Shown here one piece after another: positions 19,510-29,357 of a DNA stretch of 64,000 bases. Position numbers and translations under genes: made by a program. Within the stretch, counting starts at the first letter, position 1; the number at the start of each line of letters is the position of its first letter. Source of the stretch: Promethearchaeia archaeon (GTDB lineage Archaea > Asgardarchaeota > Lokiarchaeia > Sigyniarchaeales > SOKP01); NCBI GenBank assembly GCA_029856045.1, contig JAHQWG010000043.1, positions 55,153-119,152 of the forward strand. The letters are read 5' to 3'. The notes under the pieces were generated by a model. It saw only the letters and a list, made by a program, of their open reading frames with translations, was not told the DNA's origin and did no database searches.

Positions 19510-19734
19510 ATGAAAGAAAAAGTAAATGAAATTATTCAAAAGATAAGACCGCAGCTTCAAATGGATGGCGGTGATGTTGAACTTGTCGATGTATCAGACG
19601 ATGGAATCGTAAAAGTAAGATTACAAGGCCATTGTCGTGGATGTGCTTACTCGCAAATGACTCTCAAACTCGGGATTGAAAGGGCATTAAAACAAGTAAT
19701 TCCTGAAATTCAATATGTAGAATCTGTACCTTAA
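19510..19734 (+). CDS. NifU C-terminal domain (NfuA-like) Fe-S carrier
   Basis: IRPQLQMDGGDVEL...LQGHCRGC. Confidence 0.95.
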   Translation: MKEKVNEIIQKIRPQLQMDGGDVELVDVSDDGIVKVRLQGHCRGCAYSQMTLKLGIERALKQVIPEIQYVESVP

Positions 19735-19843
19735 ATAACTGTAATTTAAGTTTATTTAAGCACTTTTTTTATCAATTCTACATTTAAGATTAATTCCCAA
19801 TAAAATAAATTATATAAAGTTACTATACTTTATTGAATTAATT

Positions 19844-21094
19844 ATGAAAAGAGAAAACGATACTAATACATCTGAAAACTCCGAACAAGGAGCAGAAAAA
19901 GAAAAAGAACCTATTAAGAAAACTCAAGGACAATTAATTCAAGAAGCCTTAGGTTTAGATCAAGAAGCTATCGGTAAAATAGAAAAACAACTCTTTATTT
20001 CGAAATTTATAGATTCAATTTCTGAAGATATTTTTGATTACATTTATCGAGATCGCATTTTAGAGAAATATCTGGATATGTTAAAAAAGAACCTAAGTGA
20101 ATTAGATGAAGGTCCTGAAGCTTTAACACAAGAAACTTATGAACAAAAACAAATAGAACCTACTATTTTTGAATTAAAATCTAAAGCAGAAGAAGTTGCT
20201 CAAGAAAACGATATAAACAGATCATTGAATTCAAAATTAAAAAGAAATGGTTTAATCGGTATGTTACCGCTTTGTATTTTAGTAATACTTATTTATATCA
20301 TACCCCCTGAATTTACTTTTTATCTTATGATACCCATTTGTTTTCTTTGTTTCCTCCCACAATTACTACGCTCTCGAATAGTCCAAAAATGGAATAATTT
20401 TAAGGAAGAAAATAAAAAGATGTTTTATCAAGAAAATAGAGAGAAAATAATTTTATTAAAAGAATTTGTACAAATTGTATTAGATAATATCCATAAATCT
20501 CTTCTTGACAAGAAAATACCTCTAGAATTAATCAAGTTCTCATTAAGTTCCAGTGATTATAAGAATTTGAAATTGATAAATGAACAAGTATTAAGAGGTG
20601 GAATAACACAATTTTTTTTTACATTTGAATATCCGCCTGGAGTAGAACCATTTCCTATTCCAGAAATAATTAAGGAAAAATATATGGAACCTGTTGTTTC
20701 TGGGAAAAGAACAGAACAAGTCGACAATTTTTTAATTTTAAAAAATATTAAAGTGTTAAATGGAGAAATTGAAAAATTCGAAGTTGAACTAAAAGAAGAT
20801 TTAAAGAATGACATAAATACTCTATTAAATTCTTGCAAGTTTGAGAAGGCTAAAGATTTTAGTTTAATAATGCCAAATTATACGCCTGAAACAGCCATTC
20901 ATTGTGTTTGTGGAGAAATTGCTGAGTTTTCAAATGTGCAGAAATGTTCTTGGAGTGAAACTGAATCAGAGGAAAAATTTGAATTTTATCTTTTTGAGTC
21001 TGAAAAGTGTAAATGTGGAGAAAAAATCTATGTTCTCTCACCTATGGAAGAACAAATAAAAATTCCAGATAAGTGGAAAAAGATTTTTGGTTAG
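19844..21094 (+). CDS. Hypothetical membrane protein (2 TM, C-terminal Cys cluster)
   Basis: Hydrophobic hairpin mid-protein and CVCGE...CKCGE. Confidence 0.75.
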   Translation: MKRENDTNTSENSEQGAEKEKEPIKKTQGQLIQEALGLDQEAIGKIEKQLFISKFIDSISEDIFDYIYRDRILEKYLDMLKKNLSELDEGPEALTQETYEQKQIEPTIFELKSKAEEVAQENDINRSLNSKLKRNGLIGMLPLCILVILIYIIPPEFTFYLMIPICFLCFLPQLLRSRIVQKWNNFKEENKKMFYQENREKIILLKEFVQIVLDNIHKSLLDKKIPLELIKFSLSSSDYKNLKLINEQVLRGGITQFFFTFEYPPGVEPFPIPEIIKEKYMEPVVSGKRTEQVDNFLILKNIKVLNGEIEKFEVELKEDLKNDINTLLNSCKFEKAKDFSLIMPNYTPETAIHCVCGEIAEFSNVQKCSWSETESEEKFEFYLFESEKCKCGEKIYVLSPMEEQIKIPDKWKKIFG

Positions 21095-21119
21095 ATTTTT
21101 TTTCAATTCATTATAAAAA

Positions 21120-22466
21120 TTATTCTTTTTTTATATCTTTATAATATTTTAAAAGCATAGCGTAGCCCCGTACAGCCCTCTCTACCTCGTTTTCAAAAAC
21201 TGGAATATTCAATTTTGTTGCAATATCAATCACCCGCATTGCACCTTCTCTTTCCGCTTGGATTAGAAGAGTTATTATTGGCTTATTAGGAAATTTTTCT
21301 TTTATTTTTGAAAAAATATAGAAATCAAATTCAATTTCTTGGAAAAATTCGAGAGCTAAAATTAAACCATCAACATCATCATCATTTAATAAAATTTCAC
21401 TTCCTAAATAATAAATTGTACATATTTCAGTGCCAATAAATTTCTTTGGAGGCCAATAATCTACTGGATTACCGTATTTACAAGTTGATCCTCCTATTTT
21501 CATTGATATTAAATCTTGACTTACTTGTGAAGGCTTTGCCAAACTTAAGCCTTGCTTTCTCATTTCTTTAACAATTAATAAAATTGCGCCGGAAGATGGA
21601 CCTATAATTCCTAATTTATTTCCACCTGGCTTTGGAAGCCAGAGAAATAATTTTGATAATTCAAAAAGTTCAATATAATTTTGAACTGCAAGACCACCAG
21701 CCATTTTCAATGATTCTTCTGCAACAGTATCTTTTCCAACATAAAAAAATAGAATTGGTTTATTTGGTGCAATTTTCGAGACTGAATCTATTAATGTTTG
21801 ATCAATTTGTCTTAAAAAAAGAGAAATGACTCTTGTTGTCTCGTCTTTTTCTAGATAAAATAATGTATCTGCAATGTTGATTTTATATCCTTCACCAAGA
21901 TGTATTACTTTTGAGATAGGCAAGTTTTGGCTTGGACTCCACCACCCCAATCCCCCTGCAAGACCTCCTGATTCGATAATTATGCTAACACCAAATTTTA
22001 ATCCACGATTTTTTTGAAGAATATGACGTCTAACTGGAATTATCGAAGTTGTAAAATTATCAATATAATTCATGACACCAATCATAGAGGGCCCCATATA
22101 TCTAATATTATATTTATTACAAGTTTCTTCTAATTCTTGGATAATGTTCCCATTTATGCTTTTTTCCCCTAATTCTGATTCAATCATAACATTTTTTATA
22201 CCAAATTTACCTAATTCTTCGAATAAGTCTTTTAAATTATTTCTTAGCATAATTATTGCTAATTCCGGAATTTCAGGAAGTGATGATAGATCATTATATG
22301 ACTGGATACCTAAAAGTTCATTTGTATTTGGATTAATTATATAAATATTTCCACTAAATCTGATATCTAGTAAATTTCTTACAACTATTTGATTAAATGT
22401 AAATTCTTTTCTTGAAGCGCCAATTATTACTAAAGATTTTGGATTAAAAAAAGGTTCTAAATTCAT
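21120..22466 (-). CDS. ADP-forming acyl-CoA synthetase alpha-subunit homologue (CoA-binding) lacking the phospho-His loop
   Basis: FFNPKSLVIIGAS, GPSMIG, ESGGL, NPVD. No SHTG motif. Confidence 0.85.
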   Translation of the reverse strand: MNLEPFFNPKSLVIIGASRKEFTFNQIVVRNLLDIRFSGNIYIINPNTNELLGIQSYNDLSSLPEIPELAIIMLRNNLKDLFEELGKFGIKNVMIESELGEKSINGNIIQELEETCNKYNIRYMGPSMIGVMNYIDNFTTSIIPVRRHILQKNRGLKFGVSIIIESGGLAGGLGWWSPSQNLPISKVIHLGEGYKINIADTLFYLEKDETTRVISLFLRQIDQTLIDSVSKIAPNKPILFFYVGKDTVAEESLKMAGGLAVQNYIELFELSKLFLWLPKPGGNKLGIIGPSSGAILLIVKEMRKQGLSLAKPSQVSQDLISMKIGGSTCKYGNPVDYWPPKKFIGTEICTIYYLGSEILLNDDDVDGLILALEFFQEIEFDFYIFSKIKEKFPNKPIITLLIQAEREGAMRVIDIATKLNIPVFENEVERAVRGYAMLLKYYKDIKKE

Positions 22467-22601
22467 AACTTACAGATTATTAAATTCGAATAGAAATTCA
22501 AATATTTAGTTTTATTTATTTTTAAGTTAAATTAATCATTAATAAAATATTAAATTAAATGATTTATTAAAAATCAAAAGAAAATAAAATGTGGGTAAAG
22601 T

Positions 22602-23102
22602 ATGGATAAAGAGCAAATTAAAAAAAATGCTGAGTTTTTAATAAAAGAACTCCCAAGTATGGAAATTCCTGGCGTGGCAAAAGTTAGATGTAAATATAAA
22701 AAAATGGTTGATTTTGCAAAATGTTTTGGAATTACTGATAAGAAATATATTGGATCTGAAGAAGAGGGGATTATCGCTTGTCCTGCTTTTGCTAATTCTT
22801 ATGCAGTTAAGGCTTTTTATACTCTAGTTCCGGGTGTAAAATTAGAACAGGATGGTGTAAAAAGAGATTTAGCTTTAGTCCCAACAAAATTACTTCATGC
22901 CTCCCAAAAATATAATTGGGAAAATTGTTTTCCAATTAAACCTGGTGATGTTCTTATTGCAAAAGCAAAGTTTGGTAAGGTATGGGTTCATGAAGAGTCA
23001 ATGCGATTATTCGCTCAAATGTTTTTAACAGTTAAAAATCAAAATGATGAATTAGTATGCCAAATTACTGCTGGGGCAGCAATAGCTGCAGGAGGTTATT
23101 AA
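22602..23102 (+). CDS. MaoC-like hot-dog protein (dehydratase partner subunit)
   Basis: IIACPAF, LLHASQKYNW...PIKPGDVL. Confidence 0.8.
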   Translation: MDKEQIKKNAEFLIKELPSMEIPGVAKVRCKYKKMVDFAKCFGITDKKYIGSEEEGIIACPAFANSYAVKAFYTLVPGVKLEQDGVKRDLALVPTKLLHASQKYNWENCFPIKPGDVLIAKAKFGKVWVHEESMRLFAQMFLTVKNQNDELVCQITAGAAIAAGGY

Positions 23103-23105
23103 CAA

Positions 23106-23645
23106 ATGCCGAATATTTCTGATATAAAAGTTGGACAAGTCTTACGTTCTGAATTCGATCAAATAACTCGAGAATTATTACAGAAATACGCAAAATCTTC
23201 AGGTGATACAAATCCCATACATACAAATGATGCAATAGCTGAAAGAGCTGGATTAAAAGGAGTAATAGCTCATGGATTATTTAGCTCTGGCTTTATAATA
23301 AAAATGTTGGATGATTTTGTTGGAAAAAGTGGAAAACTAATAGAACTCGATATTGAAATGCGTGGCATGGTCAGGGTTGGAGACATCCTCATCACAGAAG
23401 GAACTGTTACAAAAATTGAGAGTAATAGGGTTTATTTGGATATCAAACAAACAACAATTACACCTGTGGAAATTAAAAAAGATGGAAATGTAGTAAAAAA
23501 ATTTGAAGCTGGGGAAAGAGGATATATTTCAGAAAAAGATATTGCTAGAAACCTTATTAAAACCAAGGAAGTTGATGAAGGAACTCTAACTTATAGAGAA
23601 AGAGTTGCAGCCCCAGGACATGCAATTATTGAATTAAATAAATAA
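23106..23645 (+). CDS. MaoC-family (R)-specific enoyl-CoA hydratase
   Basis: YAKSSGDTNPIH...IAHG hydratase-2 motif. Confidence 0.92.
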   Translation: MPNISDIKVGQVLRSEFDQITRELLQKYAKSSGDTNPIHTNDAIAERAGLKGVIAHGLFSSGFIIKMLDDFVGKSGKLIELDIEMRGMVRVGDILITEGTVTKIESNRVYLDIKQTTITPVEIKKDGNVVKKFEAGERGYISEKDIARNLIKTKEVDEGTLTYRERVAAPGHAIIELNK

Positions 23646-23757
23646 TTTGGGAGATATTTTTAATAATATTATTCTTTATTTTTTTGTTATAATTGAATGT
23701 AATAAAATTTCTTTAATTTTTTTTAAAAAAAATTATCATGATATAAAAAAAATCATT

Positions 23758-26700
23758 TTACATTCCATAAATTAAATATTTTTTACAATATAAACAATTT
23801 ATTGAATCCCCACAACGATATTTCTCAACTAATTCTGGTGGTATCTTTCCCCCACAATATGGGCATTTATTTGAAAAAATAGATATTTTAATATCATAAA
23901 ATTGCTCTCCAGAAGTAATTAATTTTTTATTTTTTAACTCCCTTCTAATATCATTTCCAACTTCTGCTAATAAGGCTGTTATTTGTTGTTCACTATCTCC
24001 AGATGTTTCCAATTCTAATGTGTGATTATCACCATTTAATAAGAAATGTATAATAATCTGATTATTTTTTACTTTTGTTATTCCATAATACCATGCTTCA
24101 CCAAATTTATCTTTTTCAGAAAATTCCTTATACACTAATTTTATATGATGTTTTCCTAGTGCATCTAAGACTGATAAATAAATTAAATATAATTTTCCCA
24201 AATCAATAATTGGAAAAAGTTTCCTATCACAATGTTTTAGAGATCTATGGCGACTTTTTACTTTTGCTAAATTTGCTTCACTTTCTGTAAAAAATAATGG
24301 ACATTCAATAGATATTTCTTTTGGGTTCATTGTGATCGCTTGAGGTTTATCTTTTGCGTCATGGAATGAGATTGTTGCATTTACAGGGCTTTTAAGGCAT
24401 TGAGTAGGTTCTAGCCATAATGAAATCGATTTTTTTTCATGTAATCCTAATTTGGAGATATAAATTGTGTCTCCCCTACGATTGTATTCTATAGGTTCAT
24501 GAAAGATCCATTTTAATGAAATAGGTATATCAAAATTGATTTTAAAATTTGTTAGAGGAGAAGATGTATTATTTTCTAAACCTATTTTAAATCTAATTTG
24601 ACCACCTTTTAATTCATATTCTCGGGTAATAATTAAAGCTGATTCCCTTTTTTCACTTTTTAGTATAGTTGTAATTTTAGGTGAAATTTCTTCACTCACA
24701 TCATCAATTATAATCTTTGTGGCTGGTGTCGTAATATCATACATTTCATCTAACTTTTCTTTAATTTGGTCTTGTAATACTCTGACATTATTCATTTTAT
24801 TTTTAATTATTTCTAATAATTCATTAAATTGAGGATATTTTTTTGCTTTGAATAATGCATTGGAATATAATTCATATGATTCTTCTGAAGTTTTATTTGC
24901 TCGATTCAAGTCTGTATTTTGTAATGATCGGGTTCTTTCAACTTTTTTATCAGCGCTTAAACAAATTTTTTCTATTTCTATTTGTAGTAGATATAAATCT
25001 ATTGAACTTATTTTCGATTTTAATGATTCAAAATCTATTGTAAATCCTTCAGATTTTATTTTTTCAATAGCCTTTTGATAAGATGTTTTAGCAAATATCC
25101 ATTTTTTCTCTGCATCTTCTAAATTTTGTACCTTATGAGATTTAGATGCAATTGTTTCAAAATTCTTCCCATTTTTTATGTGAGCATTACATATATTTTT
25201 ATTGAGGTCTTTTTGATTTCTTTTAATTTTTAGCACTATTTCTTCTGATGGTGCTTTTTGTAATGCTAATTGATAATTCTTAATTGCTTCATTCCAATTA
25301 TTTATTGCAACCTCATAAGTGGATTTTGAATAATTTTTATTAGCTTCTTCTATTAAAGTCTTAGATTTACTTATTAAATATTCAAATTGGCTTTCTTGTT
25401 CAAGTATTATCTTTTCTATTAGCTCTTGGTCTTTAATTTTCTCAACAACACGTGTTTTTATTTTTCTTCTTCCCTTTATCACAATTAATAATATTGGAAC
25501 ACTTGCCAAACTTATAAAAATAATCCATAAAAATATTTTAAATAAAAGATCTGCTAATTGTCTTCTTGTTTCTATATTATCTAAGGCAGATAATGGGTTA
25601 GTTCCATAAGAAACTTCATTTCCATCAGAATATCCATCACCATCAGTATCGGGGTTATATGGATTTGTAAGATATTCTTTTATTTCTGACCAATCATGTA
25701 ACCCATCATTATCACTATCCATTGAATATATTGATAATATTATATCTTTAGAATTAGCACCATAACTTTCTGTTGTCCCAACCTCATAAATTATATTATT
25801 GGAATCTACAACCACTCCATTTACAACATCACGTGAAGATCCTCCCCACGTTTGATTGTTTATTAAATCACCAGAAGAGTTATATTTCAATAATACAAAA
25901 TCAGTTAGTCCCGCACCAAAATTTTCAGTAGAACCGACTATTATTATATTGTTATTAGCATCAATAGCAATGTCCATCCCTAAATCATCTAGAAAACCAC
26001 CCCAAGTTTTATTCCAATATTGATTTCCTGAAGAATTATATTTTATAAGAATAATATCATTTTCACCAGCACCATAACTCCTGGTATTACCAGTAATATA
26101 AATATCTCCATTAGAATCAGTTATAAGTGCCTTTCCTTCATCGTTTGATGAATTACCCCAGGTTTTACTCCAAATTTCATTTCCTGAGGAATCAAATTTA
26201 ATTAAAACTACATCTCCAGAACCCGATCCATAACTATCAGTTTTACCAGTCACATAATAATTATCGTTAGAGTCAATCTCAATATCATATCCAATATCAT
26301 CAGAAGAACCACCCCATGCTTTATCTTCAAGTTGGTTTCCTGATGCATCATATTTAAGGAACTTAATTTCATAACCATTATTTCCAGACTCAGTAGTACC
26401 AATTACATAAATATAGTTATTGGAATCTACTGCAACGCCTCGTCCATAATCATCATCAGTAAACCATCCCCATGATTTATCTAATATTTCTATTCCTGAA
26501 GAATCATATTTATATAATTTTATATTATGCGCTGGTTCGGATGTTACAATAGAGCCTACAATATAAATATCATCATTAGAGTCAAATGTTAGATCATATC
26601 CTCTTGTATTCTTATTAGGATCTCCAAATATTGTTTCCCATTCTTGGATTGCCAAATGATTATATTTTATCAAAACTATATTTTCACAGTTTCTTTCGGT

Positions 26701-26991
26701 ATTAAACGTATGACCAACTGTATATAAATTATTTTCAGAATCAAAACCTATTGCAAAACCCTCATCATCACCTGAATCACCCCAAGTTTTATTCAATACC
26801 GAATAATAATTATGGGGTCCTTGCGCCAAATTAGGATCAACATTTTTATTATACAGATAATCTTCCTGTTTTTTATACTCAAAAATATTTTGCGAAAAAA
26901 TAGTTATAGAGAAAGAAATTGTTATCAAACAAATTAAAAAAGTAAATGTTATATATTTTTTAAAAAAATATCTATGAAAATGAAAATTCAA
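23758..26991 (-). CDS. Membrane protein: SBBP beta-propeller, TSP3-type Ca repeats, TM, TPR-like solenoid, appendage-like domains, Zn ribbon
   Basis: About seven WGG..DD.G..IAVDS..NIYVTG.T repeats, DSDNDGL/DTDGDG repeats, hydrophobic span LLFKIFLWIIFISLASVPILLIVI, and C-terminal CPYCG...CLYC. Confidence 0.85.
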   Translation of the reverse strand: MNFHFHRYFFKKYITFTFLICLITISFSITIFSQNIFEYKKQEDYLYNKNVDPNLAQGPHNYYSVLNKTWGDSGDDEGFAIGFDSENNLYTVGHTFNTERNCENIVLIKYNHLAIQEWETIFGDPNKNTRGYDLTFDSNDDIYIVGSIVTSEPAHNIKLYKYDSSGIEILDKSWGWFTDDDYGRGVAVDSNNYIYVIGTTESGNNGYEIKFLKYDASGNQLEDKAWGGSSDDIGYDIEIDSNDNYYVTGKTDSYGSGSGDVVLIKFDSSGNEIWSKTWGNSSNDEGKALITDSNGDIYITGNTRSYGAGENDIILIKYNSSGNQYWNKTWGGFLDDLGMDIAIDANNNIIIVGSTENFGAGLTDFVLLKYNSSGDLINNQTWGGSSRDVVNGVVVDSNNIIYEVGTTESYGANSKDIILSIYSMDSDNDGLHDWSEIKEYLTNPYNPDTDGDGYSDGNEVSYGTNPLSALDNIETRRQLADLLFKIFLWIIFISLASVPILLIVIKGRRKIKTRVVEKIKDQELIEKIILEQESQFEYLISKSKTLIEEANKNYSKSTYEVAINNWNEAIKNYQLALQKAPSEEIVLKIKRNQKDLNKNICNAHIKNGKNFETIASKSHKVQNLEDAEKKWIFAKTSYQKAIEKIKSEGFTIDFESLKSKISSIDLYLLQIEIEKICLSADKKVERTRSLQNTDLNRANKTSEESYELYSNALFKAKKYPQFNELLEIIKNKMNNVRVLQDQIKEKLDEMYDITTPATKIIIDDVSEEISPKITTILKSEKRESALIITREYELKGGQIRFKIGLENNTSSPLTNFKINFDIPISLKWIFHEPIEYNRRGDTIYISKLGLHEKKSISLWLEPTQCLKSPVNATISFHDAKDKPQAITMNPKEISIECPLFFTESEANLAKVKSRHRSLKHCDRKLFPIIDLGKLYLIYLSVLDALGKHHIKLVYKEFSEKDKFGEAWYYGITKVKNNQIIIHFLLNGDNHTLELETSGDSEQQITALLAEVGNDIRRELKNKKLITSGEQFYDIKISIFSNKCPYCGGKIPPELVEKYRCGDSINCLYCKKYLIYGM

Positions 26992-27260
26992 ATAATTTCA
27001 CTCTTTTCATTCAATACTTATATTTAATCTTATATTAATTCAAAATTGTTCATATTAATAATTTTTAATTATAAATCTTTCTTACTTTTTAAAAATATAT
27101 ACCCTTATTCTTCAATCTGGAAATTTTTTTTAAAACTTGATTTTATATCAATAAAAAAGCATAATCTCAAAATTAATTTTAAATGATAAATAGAGATATC
27201 GAAATTATTGATAAAATAATAATTTGATTTTTAAAAATCCTTTTATTAATATGCCTACGA

Positions 27261-27908
27261 TTAAGTAGTTAAAGCAGCTTTCTTTTCCAGTTCAAAAGGA
27301 CTAATTATTCTTTTCTTTTTGGCATCATAAAAGGGTAATCCTGATTGTTTTAGAAATTTTTCATCTTTATAATGCAATAAAACAGTTTGGCATTTAGTAG
27401 GTAGTTTTATATTTGCAATTCTTAATCGATCTTTTACCAAAGGTAAATCTTTCTCATTACACATCACTTCACAGATAATCTTGCCCGCCTTTACCCGAGC
27501 AGCCTTTCCTATCGATTTCCCAAAGCTATTACGCATTCCAGATTGGATTCTATCCGCTCCAGCGAAATTGAGTTGTCTATTTTCTCTGATAACTTGGAAC
27601 GGTTTTATTTTAATTGTTAAATGGTAATTTTGACGTCCTATGCTTTTCTGAAGACTACTATTAATTGTGATTCTTATCGCTTCTAAGGCATAATGGCTTA
27701 TTTGCACATTTTTTTCCGCCTTTAGTCCAACAACAAAATCATATTCTTCTCTTTTCTTCTCTTTAAGATTCAATCCACCTTGAAAAAATCTTAGTTTTGA
27801 ATCAGCTCCTCCTCGAGCATATTCTCGTCGATGAGACCTACTTCTTTTCCGCTGAAAGGCAGGTCCTTTAATTTTTGAATAGCAGTGCCATGGTCTCTTT
27901 GAAGCCAT
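27261..27908 (-). CDS. rpl10e: 50S ribosomal protein uL16 (archaeal L10e)
   Basis: RPWHCY, ALEAIR, RENRQLNFAGADRIQSGMRNSFGK. Confidence 0.96.
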   Translation of the reverse strand: MASKRPWHCYSKIKGPAFQRKRSRSHRREYARGGADSKLRFFQGGLNLKEKKREEYDFVVGLKAEKNVQISHYALEAIRITINSSLQKSIGRQNYHLTIKIKPFQVIRENRQLNFAGADRIQSGMRNSFGKSIGKAARVKAGKIICEVMCNEKDLPLVKDRLRIANIKLPTKCQTVLLHYKDEKFLKQSGLPFYDAKKKRIISPFELEKKAALTT

Positions 27909-28080
27909 TAAAAATCACTTTCTAATATTAGCAAATTGAGATAAAAAACCTTTCATAACTTATATTCTTTATTATCTTATAGTTTAAAGGAATGTGATTT
28001 AAATTTCGATAAAATTTCTTAAAAAGTGAATGATTCTCTTAAATAATCATAAATTAATTTAAAAAATTTTATAAAATAAT

Positions 28081-29235
28081 ATGCTGAAATTAAAAAGGAT
28101 ATTAGAGATTAAAACGGAACTTCTTTGTAAAGGAGTAAATCTTGATGAGAGATTTATAGATAAATATAAATCCAAAGGAATTCCTTTTAAAGAAGGAAGA
28201 AAAGGTGGAGCGGGTCCTTTAGGGGGGCGATATTTTGCATTTGATGATAATAAGACTATTTTAAATGTTCCATTATGGCATAATAATAAAGAAACTAATT
28301 TTGTATTGAAAAATGAGAAGGATGGTTATTTTGAAATATTTGATAAATCAAAAAATTCAGTTTTCGTTAAATTAAGATTAATTCCATATCCAAATTATTA
28401 TAAAATAACCACAACAGACGATATTCTCATGGAAAAAATTGCTTTAATACATGGGCTTGATTGTCTAGCTACAACTATTTATCAGAGATGTTGTTATTGG
28501 GAAAATGGAAGTAAATGTCAATTTTGTGGTATCGAATTAAGTTTGGCAAGAGGTGATACTATAGAAGAAAAAACTTCAAAACAACTAATTGAAGTAATAA
28601 ATGCAGTTAAGATTGAAGGAAAGTTTAAACATTTACTATTAACCACAGGAACCACATCATCAATTGATAAAGGTGTATTAAAATATATAAATATACTAGA
28701 AGATATTAAAAATAAGTTTCCAGATATTCCCATTCATGTTCAAATTGAAGCGGTGGATAATCTTGAGTATATAAGCATGTTGAAAGAAGCTGGAGCTGAT
28801 ACATTAGGAATTCATATTGAAATACTTGATGATTCTATTAGAAAAGTTATATGCCCAGGTAAATCAAAAACTAGTTATGAAGTGTATGAAAAGAATTGGA
28901 TTCATGCACTTGAAATTTTTGGAAAAGATCAAGTAGATTCTTTCATTTTAATAGGTTTTGGAGAACCTACAGAAGAATTCTGGAATAAACTTGAAAAAAT
29001 GATTAAATTAGGCGTAATTCCACATATAACTCCTGTTAGACCAGTTCCACAATCCAAATTTAAAGCACCGATTTGTAATCCTCTAATATTATTAAATATT
29101 TTTGAATACTCAGCCAAATTAATGAAAAAATTTAATGTAAATCCATTAAATAATAAGGCTGGTTGTGTAAGATGTGGAGCTTGTAGTGGAATTATAGAAG
29201 CATATCGCTTAATAACTGGAAATTACTGGAGTTAA
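28081..29235 (+). CDS. Radical SAM protein, MSMEG_0568-like
   Basis: RKGGAGP, IALIHGLDCLATT, Cx8CxxC (CCYWENGSKCQFC), C-terminal GCVRCGACS. Confidence 0.85.
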   Translation: MLKLKRILEIKTELLCKGVNLDERFIDKYKSKGIPFKEGRKGGAGPLGGRYFAFDDNKTILNVPLWHNNKETNFVLKNEKDGYFEIFDKSKNSVFVKLRLIPYPNYYKITTTDDILMEKIALIHGLDCLATTIYQRCCYWENGSKCQFCGIELSLARGDTIEEKTSKQLIEVINAVKIEGKFKHLLLTTGTTSSIDKGVLKYINILEDIKNKFPDIPIHVQIEAVDNLEYISMLKEAGADTLGIHIEILDDSIRKVICPGKSKTSYEVYEKNWIHALEIFGKDQVDSFILIGFGEPTEEFWNKLEKMIKLGVIPHITPVRPVPQSKFKAPICNPLILLNIFEYSAKLMKKFNVNPLNNKAGCVRCGACSGIIEAYRLITGNYWS

Positions 29236-29357
29236 AATTTTTTAGATTTAATAAAGATATAATTTAAAATAAAGAATTTTTATTAGGAATTAATTAATTA
29301 TAATTAAATAAGTTAGATTATAATTTATTTAAATATATTTATACAGAGTTAATCACT

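Noticed and set aside
25740-26800. Periodic repeats as a CRISPR array or DNA repeat
   Set aside because: These are degenerate in-frame protein repeats (beta-propeller blades), with no identical repeat-spacer structure.
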